64,000 nucleotides of DNA, from IMG/VR virus record IMGVR_UViG_3300044632_000653. One strand, given 5' to 3'. Shown here in pieces: positions 38,945-47,216 of the stretch (position 1 is the first letter of the stretch; each line of letters starts with the position of its first letter). A program made the translations under genes and the position numbers. The notes beneath the pieces are model-generated. The model saw only the letters and a program-made list of their open reading frames with translations. It was not told where the DNA came from and searched no databases. The stretch comes from a virus.

Positions 38945-39289
38945 TCAGAACTTCGGCTTGACTTCCCCCTCGTTGATCAGCCGCATGATCTCCTCGGTCG
39001 CCAACTTGTCGAAGTTCGACACCTCGTCGGGAGCCGTGGTCTCGGTGTCGTAGATGTGGCTGATCGTTTGGGTCGGTGGATCTATGAGAGCGACCGCTCC
39101 CGTGTATGAGAGCGAGAGTACAGGATCCTTCTTCCACGCTCCCGATGTCAGTTCGATGAACCGCTTGGCATCCACCCTGTGGTACTGACGGGTGTGAGCG
39201 TCCTGTGCGATGTGGATGGGATTCCCTATCGCCATGCCTATGGGTATGCCTATCTCTTGCAGGGATGTGTAGACCACTACCTGTGCCAT
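38945..39289 (-). CDS. Hypothetical protein
   Basis: AGGAG SD; downstream of the vWA gene. Confidence 0.55.
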   Translation of the reverse strand: MAQVVVYTSLQEIGIPIGMAIGNPIHIAQDAHTRQYHRVDAKRFIELTSGAWKKDPVLSLSYTGAVALIDPPTQTISHIYDTETTAPDEVSNFDKLATEEIMRLINEGEVKPKF

Positions 39290-39393
39290 GCGATGCTCCT
39301 GTCTGTTGGGGGTGCGTGTTGGGGGTATGAGAAGACCCACTCCCTCATCGTCCGAAGGGAGTGGGTCTCTTGGTGTCTCGTCTCGGCTCCTCG

Positions 39394-41943
39394 TCACTTG
39401 GCGAGGAGTTCGGCGACTCGGGTCATCAGCGGACGGTTGCCCTTGGTCGCAGCGAGTTGCTTGGCGAACTGATTGCGGAGGCTGCGGAGACCTGCGCCCG
39501 TGGTCGGGTCGGCGGTGAGGTTCACCGTCTCGCTCTTGCGGGTGGCGGGGAGCATGATGTACTCGTCGTAGCCCCGAGCGTCGTTGCCCTTGAGGTTCCA
39601 CCAACCCTTCTCGTTCCATGCCGCCGTCACTTCCTTGGCGAGTTGCTTGCGGCGGTCCATGTACGCCGAGTATCCCTTGCCCGAGAGGGCGTTGAGTTCG
39701 GCGTTGTTCTGAAGGATGCGCTGCACGGCGTTGCCGCCGTCGATCAGGTGGATGCAGACCACCTTGCCGCCGACTCGGTCTCGGAAGAGTTGAGCCATGA
39801 CTCCCGTCTGCGTCTCGGTGTTCAGCGGGGTCTCCAAGACCTTCGTGCGGTCGTAGTACTGCTGCTCACGCTTCGTCATCGTGTATTCCTTGCCCGACTT
39901 CTTGTCACGCATGACGATCCTCGGAGCCTCGGTGTAGTTCTTGTCGGCGTATGCCTTCGTCGCCGTCACCGTCAGGCAGAGGTTGTCGGTCGATTCGCCG
40001 TCCGTCAGGACGATCATGTTGACCAACTGCACCCGCTTGGTCGCCTTGAACTCCTGCGCCACCTGCGAGAGACCGAGGAGGGCGGTGTTGTTCGGAGTGT
40101 GACCGATCAGGTTCGCCCACGGGATCGTGTGCTGAAGGTTGCCGAGGGCGTAGCAGAGACCGTTCTTGTCACCGACAGCAGCCGTGGCGGCGTTGCCGCC
40201 ACCGTTGCCCATCTTGTACGAGACGGCGAGGAGGAGACCTGCCGTCGTGTTGAACTCGGTGAGGCTCATGCCGTCCTCAAGGAGGGTGAGGAGGCGAACC
40301 CGCTCACCCTTGGTCTCGGTGTTCTTGTAGGTCTCGCCGAGATCGTCAAGGCTTGCGACATCGGTGAACCCGTAGAAGCGGTAGGGGATGTTGACTCGGC
40401 GGCAGAAGGCGGCGAGGGTCACCATCTGAACCACCGTGTCGTGGATGATGCCGCTCATCGATGCCGAGAGGTCGAGGAGGAGCATGAGACCGTGGTTCTT
40501 GCCGTCCTTGACATAGGCGTTGGAGGCGAAGATCTCATCCGAGATCTTGTAAGCCCACAGGCGGCTCGGGTCGATGCTGCCCGTCTCGGCGACCGCCGTG
40601 CGGCGGTGTTCGTCAGCAGCCTTGCGGCGGTCGAACTCGGTAGCGAGGACCTGCACCGCCGAGGTGTTCTCGGTTCGCCATGCCGCCATCATCTCGGCGG
40701 CGACCTCGGCGACCGTCTTGTTGGTCCGAGCCGTGCGGAGGTTGGCGACCTTCTTGAGGTCCTCGGCGACCCGCTTGCGGGGGACGATGAACCCCTTGCC
40801 GACCTCGGGGAGGTCTGCGTAGTGGGTGACCGTGGCGGCATCGTCGGTGCGACCGAGGAGGGCATCCTCGACCTCCCGCAGGGTACGAGCCATGGGAGCC
40901 TGACCCTCGTCGTTGTCGCTCTCGTCGTTGTCGCTCTCGTCGGTCTCGGTCTCGTCGCCGTCAGCGTCAGCGTCCCCGTCCTCTTCGGTCGAGGGCTTGT
41001 CAGCGTCAGCGTCGGTCTCTTCACCGTCAGCGTCGGTCTCTTCACCGTCAGCGTCAGCGTCGGTCTCTTCACCGTCAGCGTCAGCGTCGGTCTCGTCGGC
41101 TTCGGTCTCGTCGCCGTCAGCGTCGGTCTCGTCGGCTTCGGCATCGTCACCGTCAGCCTCGTCGGCTTCGGTCTCGTCGCCGTCCTCGTCGCCGTCAGCG
41201 TCGGTGTTGGCGGTCTTCTTTTCTTCCTTCTCCTCGTCGCCGTCAGCGTCGGTCGGAGTCGGGGTCCCGCCCTCTTCGCCTTCCTCGTCACCTTCCTGCG
41301 GCTCACCCCCGTCACCCTTCTCGGGCTCGGGGCGACTCTTGTTCTGAGCCTTAGCGAACTCGTAGATCTCTTTGGCGAGTTCGACCGCATCTTCCCATGT
41401 GAGGGTCGTTGCAGCCCGTTGGGCGAGGGCGAGTTCGTCGGCGGCGAAGGGGACCTCGACAAGCCAACCGATCTTGTACTGAATGTTGATTCGGTCGATG
41501 AGAGCGAGGTCGGCGAGGTTGCCGACCTTGGCGAGACCGAAGAGGTCGGTCTCCTTCATCCACCGATACCCCTTGGCGAAGTCGGTCTTCGTGCCAGGGA
41601 ACCGAGCCTTCATCAGGCGTTCGATTCGGACATCCTCGGTGACATTGAGGTAGTCCTTGGCGACCATCGGGTTCCTCGGGTCGATCCGCTTGCAAGCCTC
41701 AATCAGCGCATCCTTCCCGTTGGGAGTGTGGAGGGCGTGAGAGACTTCGTGAGCGATCAGCATGTCGCCCGTAGCCTCAGGCATGTCCTTCCACACGGGC
41801 ATGGTGAGGGTGCGGGTCTCGACATTGAAGGATGCCGTCTTCGCCCGAGGGTCGTGTTCGACCTTGATGTTTTCGGTCGCCATCAGCCGTGCGAGGCGGT
41901 CCTTGGCGGCGGCGAGGGCGGTGGTGGTCGTGAGGGTGGTCAT
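39394..41943 (-). CDS. CobT-like protein: HExxH peptidase-like N-domain, acidic linker, vWA domain
   Basis: LARLMATENI.V, AHEVSHALHTP, NVTEDVRIER, MIDAS DLSASM, LTDGE. Confidence 0.85.
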   Translation of the reverse strand: MTTLTTTTALAAAKDRLARLMATENIKVEHDPRAKTASFNVETRTLTMPVWKDMPEATGDMLIAHEVSHALHTPNGKDALIEACKRIDPRNPMVAKDYLNVTEDVRIERLMKARFPGTKTDFAKGYRWMKETDLFGLAKVGNLADLALIDRINIQYKIGWLVEVPFAADELALAQRAATTLTWEDAVELAKEIYEFAKAQNKSRPEPEKGDGGEPQEGDEEGEEGGTPTPTDADGDEEKEEKKTANTDADGDEDGDETEADEADGDDAEADETDADGDETEADETDADADGEETDADADGEETDADGEETDADADKPSTEEDGDADADGDETETDESDNDESDNDEGQAPMARTLREVEDALLGRTDDAATVTHYADLPEVGKGFIVPRKRVAEDLKKVANLRTARTNKTVAEVAAEMMAAWRTENTSAVQVLATEFDRRKAADEHRRTAVAETGSIDPSRLWAYKISDEIFASNAYVKDGKNHGLMLLLDLSASMSGIIHDTVVQMVTLAAFCRRVNIPYRFYGFTDVASLDDLGETYKNTETKGERVRLLTLLEDGMSLTEFNTTAGLLLAVSYKMGNGGGNAATAAVGDKNGLCYALGNLQHTIPWANLIGHTPNNTALLGLSQVAQEFKATKRVQLVNMIVLTDGESTDNLCLTVTATKAYADKNYTEAPRIVMRDKKSGKEYTMTKREQQYYDRTKVLETPLNTETQTGVMAQLFRDRVGGKVVCIHLIDGGNAVQRILQNNAELNALSGKGYSAYMDRRKQLAKEVTAAWNEKGWWNLKGNDARGYDEYIMLPATRKSETVNLTADPTTGAGLRSLRNQFAKQLAATKGNRPLMTRVAELLAK
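40905..41250 (-). repeat. Coding tandem repeats (DADGEET/DADGDETEA, DNDES) in the acidic linker
   Basis: Repeated cgtcagcgtcggtctc(ttcac/gtcg) units. Confidence 0.85.
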
Positions 41944-42087
41944 GGTTTGGGTTCTCTCTTCACCTAGAGAATACCAAACCCCCTATGGTTTGCAACCTTT
42001 TACGGTGCATGGGCTTGGATTTTCCTATCTTTTCCCGAGGTTTTCGTCCACGGTCGGATTCCGTTAGGTACTCGGCGCATAGCGAGG

Positions 42088-42410
42088 AAGGTCCGATAAC
42101 CTTGTGGACAACTAGGGGGTCTTGACAGCAAGCACCGAAGGTGGTAAGATGGATGCGGACCCCTAAAGTGGCGTATAAAAAAATGCTGCCCCCTTCATTG
42201 TACCATGCCGAGCCGCCCGTTGTCAATGGCAAATCGGGGGAAAATTCCAAGAATTTTGTGGTCGGGGGGTCTTGACAGCGACCGTAGGGGTATGGTACAA
42301 TGAAGGGGGCGACACAAATTTTTAGCCACGCTTGGGGGTCCGCATCCATCTTACCATACCAAGCCGCCTGTTGTCAAGTTCCCAAGTTATCCACAAGGTT
42401 ATCGGACCTT
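42088..42410. repeat. Nested imperfect inverted repeat carrying four sigma70 promoters and DnaA-box-like sites
   Basis: Arm pairs 42088-42113/42385-42410, 42142-42163/42335-42356, 42188-42206/42292-42310; TTATCCACA at 42387-42395. Confidence 0.9.
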
Positions 42411-42590
42411 GAACGCCGCTTGGCGGCTCGCCGTGGCTCGCCGAGGGCTCACATAAATCCATGTTTTTCCTACCTTTTCGGTACGGAATACCCCTAACGA
42501 GTTGACATGGGATAGGGGTTTGCTACCTTATAGGTGATGAGAGAGGCACTCTCAACTCCCACTCGCACCCTTCAGACGGAGGCTCCGACC

Positions 42591-43859
42591 ATGTCCCTCA
42601 CCCGCCTACAGCAGCAGTTTGTGGATGCCGCCCGTGTGGCATACCCGAACCGCACCGACCTCACGATGCAGGAGGTCCTCGCCGTCTGTAAGACGGCAGG
42701 GATGAACCTCCCGCAATGGCTCACCAACGACCGTCAGTATCGGGTCAAGCGAGGCTTGTACCGCCTCCCGACCGCCGAGGCTCCTGCGGTCAAGGCTGCG
42801 GTCGCCACCGCCCCCAAGACGGTGGCTGCGGCTGTCGCCGAGCCGAGGAAGACCGAGGTCGATGCCTCCCTCGCCTTCATGGGCGGGGCATCGCTCGTCC
42901 CCGCCAAACTCCCGACCTATGTCCCCTTCGGCGCACACGCCGACCTCAACAAGGTCATCAAGAGCCGCCGCTTCTACCCCGTGTACATCACGGGTCTCTC
43001 GGGCAACGGCAAGACCACGACGGTCGAACAGGCTTGCGCCGAGAACGGGCGTGAGTTCTTCCGAGTGAACATCACCCCCGAGACCTGCGAGGACGATCTC
43101 CTCGGCGGCTTCCGTCTCCTCAACGGCGAGACGGTGTGGGTCGATGGTCCCGTGGTGGTCGCCATGAAGCGGGGCGGCATCCTCCTCCTTGACGAGATCG
43201 ACCTCGGCACGATCAAGGTGATGTGCTTGCAGCCTGTCCTTGAGGGCAAGCGGGTCTTCATCAAGAAGACCAACACTTGGGTCGCCCCTATGGAGGGCTT
43301 CAATGTCATCGCCACGGGCAACACGAAGGGCAGGGGCGACGATACGGGCAAGTTCGTCGGAACGAACTGCATGAACGAAGCCTTCCTCGACCGCATCGGC
43401 GAGACGGTCGAGCAGGACTACCCGCCCGAGGCAGTCGAGGTCAAGATCGTCAACGCCAACCTCAAGGCGGTCGGTGTGGTCGGTCAGGAGACCTTCGCCA
43501 CCGCCTTGGTCAAGTGGGCGGCATCGATCCGCAAGACCTTCGCCGAGGGCGAGGGCGACGAGGTGATCACCACCCGCCGCTTGGTTCAGGCTGCGAACGC
43601 CTACGCCATCTACGGCGACCGCCTCAAGGCTGTCGAGAAGGTCACGACTCGGTTCGATGCGGTGACCAAGGCGGCGTTCATCGACCTCTACAAGAAGTTG
43701 GATGCCGAGGCTACGGCTGCGGCTGCTGCCGAGGTCGCTGAAGCCGAGCGTCTCGCACAGGCTCCGACCGCTCAACAGGTCACGCTTCCGAACACGGTGA
43801 CCACGGCTACGGCTGCGACCACGACCACGGCTGCGACCACTACGGGTTGCCCGTTCTGA
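42591..43859 (+). CDS. CobS/MoxR-like AAA+ ATPase
   Basis: FYPVYITGLSGNGKT, EDDLLGGFRL, LLLDEIDL, CLQPVLEGK, T.NTKG.G..G.F.GTN..NEAFLDR, ITTRRL. Confidence 0.92.
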   Translation: MSLTRLQQQFVDAARVAYPNRTDLTMQEVLAVCKTAGMNLPQWLTNDRQYRVKRGLYRLPTAEAPAVKAAVATAPKTVAAAVAEPRKTEVDASLAFMGGASLVPAKLPTYVPFGAHADLNKVIKSRRFYPVYITGLSGNGKTTTVEQACAENGREFFRVNITPETCEDDLLGGFRLLNGETVWVDGPVVVAMKRGGILLLDEIDLGTIKVMCLQPVLEGKRVFIKKTNTWVAPMEGFNVIATGNTKGRGDDTGKFVGTNCMNEAFLDRIGETVEQDYPPEAVEVKIVNANLKAVGVVGQETFATALVKWAASIRKTFAEGEGDEVITTRRLVQAANAYAIYGDRLKAVEKVTTRFDAVTKAAFIDLYKKLDAEATAAAAAEVAEAERLAQAPTAQQVTLPNTVTTATAATTTTAATTTGCPF

Positions 43860-43911
43860 TCTTCTCACGAAGAGAGGAGTGGGGTTGAGCCTCCGACTCC
43901 TCTAGTGCCTC

Positions 43912-43949
43912 CCCCCTGCATCGACAACGGTGCAGGGGGTTTTCTTTTT
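43912..43949 (+). terminator. Intrinsic terminator after the AAA gene
   Basis: CCCCCTGCATCG..CGGTGCAGGGGG then TTTTCTTTTT. Confidence 0.75.
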
Positions 43950-44491
43950 GGAGTAGAGGTACACGGCAAGCGGATCGAAATCGGACAACGGCTACGGAAG
44001 CATGAGAGCCATGAGAGCCGAGTCGAGTCGAGCCGAGTCGAGTCATGCTCAAGTCATATGGAAACGGATACGAAATGTCGATGGGGGGTTTATATTTTCA
44101 CGGTACACGGCGTGGAGCCTCGGGGCGGCGAAGACCCTCTCCCACCCATCTCCTCCGAGGAAAACTCCAATTTCCCAACCGCTCTCCCGCTCACTCTCTC
44201 CGTTCCTCTGTTATTCTCCAATCATCACCCGATCATCACCCATCACCGCCATGGATCCCTCCTCCAAGCATCTCCCATCTTCCCTCCCGTCTTCCCTCCC
44301 TCTTTCCCAAAGAAAATCGAAGACCCCCCCTCCCCCCACGGGGGTGGGTTCATCCGTTTACCTCCCCTACCCTCAAAAATTTTCTTGCCGTGACGAGCGT
44401 TTTTACAGGTTGAACTCCAACTTTCCCGATGTCACTCCCGATGGCACTCTCAACGGAGACAGAGAATCTAAATAAGAAAGGAAACCCCTCG

Positions 44492-44962
44492 GTGAAGAAT
44501 CCCCTGACCGTCCTGATGTCCCTGCGATACCACGCCACTCGGAAGAAGCCGTTGGTCTACTCCTTCGTCCCCGAGTACTCCGATGCCATGCGTCCTCTCA
44601 CCTACACGGTGGCGAGGGAGCCCATGGAGGTCGAGACCGTCCTCCCCGATGGCAAGGAGACCAAGAACAGGGCGGCTGTCGGCGACATCGTCATGTGCGG
44701 GATCAGCCGTGAGAAGTATGTCATCCGCAGGGAGAAGTTCCCCTCGCTCTACACGGGCACGGTCGGCGAGAGGGTCACGGTGGCGCAGCAGTCCCGTGAG
44801 GTCGCACGGTACACGGGGAAGGACACCCTCCACTTCAAGGCTCCTTGGGGTGAGGACATGGTCGTGAAGACGGGCGACTATGTCGTGAAGGATGGCGGGG
44901 GCGGCGGTCACTACAGGATCGCCAAGTCGGAGTTTGAGCGGACATACGAGCCGATCCCGTGA
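44492..44962 (+). CDS. PGDYG-like protein
   Basis: Duplicated ET...A..GD....G...EKY.I...KF / WGE.M....GDY....Y.I...EF..TYE; TAAATA box. Confidence 0.7.
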   Translation: MKNPLTVLMSLRYHATRKKPLVYSFVPEYSDAMRPLTYTVAREPMEVETVLPDGKETKNRAAVGDIVMCGISREKYVIRREKFPSLYTGTVGERVTVAQQSREVARYTGKDTLHFKAPWGEDMVVKTGDYVVKDGGGGGHYRIAKSEFERTYEPIP

Positions 44963-44971
44963 GAACCCGTG

Positions 44972-45513
44972 GAACGGACGGGCATAGATAAGGTATCGAA
45001 AGGAACTCCAATGACCAACGAGAATCAAATCACCACCGCCACCATGCGGAACCTTGTCGAGGCTGCGAACGGGATCAACGAGGTCCACGGCGGCATCCTC
45101 CCCTCCAAGCCCAATCTTGAAACACGCTTCAAGGCTGCGATTGCTCATAGGAAAACCCTTGAGGATCTCGAAGCGAAGATGGAGTTGTCCATGCGGCGAC
45201 TGAAGGAGGAGATGATCAAACTTGAGAAGGCGAACAATTCCCTTCTCGTCCCTGTTTTGGACACACTTCGCAACAACGAAATTCTACCGAAGTCCATTTC
45301 CGTAGAGGCGCAGAGGCGAATCAAGGAGTGTCAGGCTGCTTGCAACGAAGTTCGCCTCGCTAGCGAGATGGTGGGTACCCATTTGTCCTCCATGAGCAAT
45401 ACTTGGAAGAAGTTGAACTGACGGGTATAGATAAGGTATCGAAAGGAACTCCAATGACCAACGAGAATCAAATCACCACCGCCACCATGCGGAACCTTGT
45501 CGAGGCTGCGAAC
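44972..45513 (+). repeat. 99-bp direct repeat (44972-45070 and 45415-45513): late box, RBS and first 20 codons
   Basis: The two copies differ at two positions; both encode MTNENQITTATMRNLVEAAN. Confidence 0.92.
45011..45421 (+). CDS. Putative internal head protein (coiled coil)
   Basis: Shared leader ...MRNLVEA. Confidence 0.65.
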   Translation: MTNENQITTATMRNLVEAANGINEVHGGILPSKPNLETRFKAAIAHRKTLEDLEAKMELSMRRLKEEMIKLEKANNSLLVPVLDTLRNNEILPKSISVEAQRRIKECQAACNEVRLASEMVGTHLSSMSNTWKKLN

Positions 45514-45939
45514 ATGATCGGCAACGGGATCGACGAAGACATGACCGAGGGACTTCGGACGGTAGCGAAGTTCTACACCATGCCACTCGGTTTGCAGGTC
45601 GAGTTCAGGTTCGACCCGTCCAAGCCCAAGGAGGTGATATCGGTATCGGGTGGAACGAGCCGCAAGGTGCCGACCGAGTTGGTATTGGGATGGATTGCCT
45701 CCTACAAGCACATCGATGACATGACGAGGACTGAACTCAACGGGGACAAGAGCCACTACGCTGTTCCCGACATGGACCACGGTCACTCGCCCGAGTTCGT
45801 CATCGGTCCTTACTGGAGCAAGTTGTTCCTCAACAGACAGGGAAAGACTTCGATAAAGCACACCTTCCCCGATGTGTATGTCTATCCCCATTGGCTGAAG
45901 CGGATCAGGGAACTGCTGACGGTCAAAAGACTTCCATGA
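45454..45939 (+). CDS. Putative internal head protein
   Basis: Shared leader; second linker IDEDMTEG. Confidence 0.65.
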   Translation: MTNENQITTATMRNLVEAANMIGNGIDEDMTEGLRTVAKFYTMPLGLQVEFRFDPSKPKEVISVSGGTSRKVPTELVLGWIASYKHIDDMTRTELNGDKSHYAVPDMDHGHSPEFVIGPYWSKLFLNRQGKTSIKHTFPDVYVYPHWLKRIRELLTVKRLP

Positions 45940-46376
45940 AGACCTTCGTCTCCTACATCTCCGAGAACGCCCCCGAGGGGGCACCGAAGCCCGAGCGCAA
46001 GATCGGCAAGGTCAAGTATTGGATGAACTTGACGGACAAGCAGGACGGCGAGGAGCCTTTTCGGGAGGTCGAGTACACCCGCAAGGTGAAGTCCGACACC
46101 GTGCCGAACGCCCATTGGTACTTCCTTGGTGACACCCCGATGTCGGGGATGACTAGGGGAGAGAGGCGTTACAGGGCGGCGGTCGTTTTGCTCATCGACA
46201 CCCATGGAATCTTCCTTGCTACGGTGAAGGAGGATGCCAAGATATCCAAGGGCAACTACGGCAGGTGGCAGTCGGGGGACTTTTGGACGGACAACTTCAC
46301 CGCCGCCAAGCGGCATGCCGAGGACCTCGCCCTTCGCCGACTACAGCGAGAACAGCAACCGAAGCCAAAGGCATGA
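45936..46376 (+). CDS. Putative internal head protein
   Basis: Leader MKTFVSYISE; ATGA coupling. Confidence 0.65.
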   Translation: MKTFVSYISENAPEGAPKPERKIGKVKYWMNLTDKQDGEEPFREVEYTRKVKSDTVPNAHWYFLGDTPMSGMTRGERRYRAAVVLLIDTHGIFLATVKEDAKISKGNYGRWQSGDFWTDNFTAAKRHAEDLALRRLQREQQPKPKA

Positions 46377-46756
46377 AGACCTTCGTCTCCTACATCTCCG
46401 AGGCTGCGAAGCCTAGTCGTACCGTGCCCTACCGTTGGAGTGCGACGGATACGCAGCATGCCATGAACTACACTCGGACGATGCCGTCATCCGTTCCGAA
46501 CGCCAAGTGGTATGTGGTCGATGGATCATACGACAAGGAGAAGAAGGACTACCGCCTCCTCCGTGACGGGGTGGTAATCGCTCATATCAGGTATCACCCG
46601 AGCGAAGGCGTGTGGCGATGGGAAACCATCCACAGCGCACCTAGAGGTGGATTGGGGATGGGTAGGCACGACAAGGGGAAGTATGTGTCTAGTAAGCCCC
46701 TCGCCCTTTCATTAGCGGAGAAGCAGATCATCGAAAGGGAGAGGACCGCAGGATGA
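46373..46756 (+). CDS. Putative internal head protein, paralog of 45936
   Basis: Identical 31-bp leader (MKTFVSYISE); YTR...VPNA.WY shared. Confidence 0.65.
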   Translation: MKTFVSYISEAAKPSRTVPYRWSATDTQHAMNYTRTMPSSVPNAKWYVVDGSYDKEKKDYRLLRDGVVIAHIRYHPSEGVWRWETIHSAPRGGLGMGRHDKGKYVSSKPLALSLAEKQIIERERTAG

Positions 46757-47145
46757 AGGACTTCCACGGATTCATCTCCGAGGCTCCCGTCTCGTACACC
46801 GCAGTCATGCTCGACCAACGGAGCCATGACCTTCTCATGTCGAGGATGCGTCCTCACATGCCCGAGGGATGGAAGGTGTACGCCCACCACATGACGATGC
46901 ACATGGGAGCGGCGAAGCCCGAGGACAGGGTCGGGCAGTCCGTGACCATCGTCGCAGACGCATGGGCGGCTGACGAGCGCACGGTCGCCGTGAGGGTCAC
47001 GGGTCACCCGAGCAGGAACAGGACCCCGCATGTGACCGTGGCTGTCAATGCCGCTGCGGGTGCGAAGCCCAAGGACAGCAACCTCCACACGGAATGGAAG
47101 CCGATGCCTCCGCTGAGGCTGACGGGCACCGTGGGAGAGGCTTGA
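46753..47145 (+). CDS. 2H phosphoesterase with capsid-targeting-like leader
   Basis: Two HxT motifs (HHMTM, PHVTV); leader MKDFHGFISE. Confidence 0.8.
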   Translation: MKDFHGFISEAPVSYTAVMLDQRSHDLLMSRMRPHMPEGWKVYAHHMTMHMGAAKPEDRVGQSVTIVADAWAADERTVAVRVTGHPSRNRTPHVTVAVNAAAGAKPKDSNLHTEWKPMPPLRLTGTVGEA

Positions 47146-47216
47146 AGCGCAAACCCCACAGGCTCCTCCTCTTATGTGCCTTCCTCTAAGTAGGGCAAAG
47201 CACCTTTGGAGGAAGC

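Noticed and set aside
40905-41250. Repeat array as a possible CRISPR
   Set aside because: In-frame coding repeats without unique spacers; no cas genes
39361-41967. 868-aa plus-strand ORF
   Set aside because: Antisense shadow of the vWA gene; biased codon usage removes stops on the opposite strand; no motifs
42591-43859. cobS as a cobalamin-synthesis auxiliary gene
   Set aside because: No cobN or other cob genes here; a generic AAA+/vWA chaperone role is more parsimonious
43905-44475. Several overlapping Pro/Ser-rich ORFs
   Set aside because: Products of a pyrimidine-rich low-complexity tract; no RBS or phage-like codon pattern
44972-45513. Repeat pair as a DGR template/variable repeat or att sites
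   Set aside because: Differences are not adenine-specific, the repeats are at 5' ends, and no reverse transcriptase or integrase is in the window
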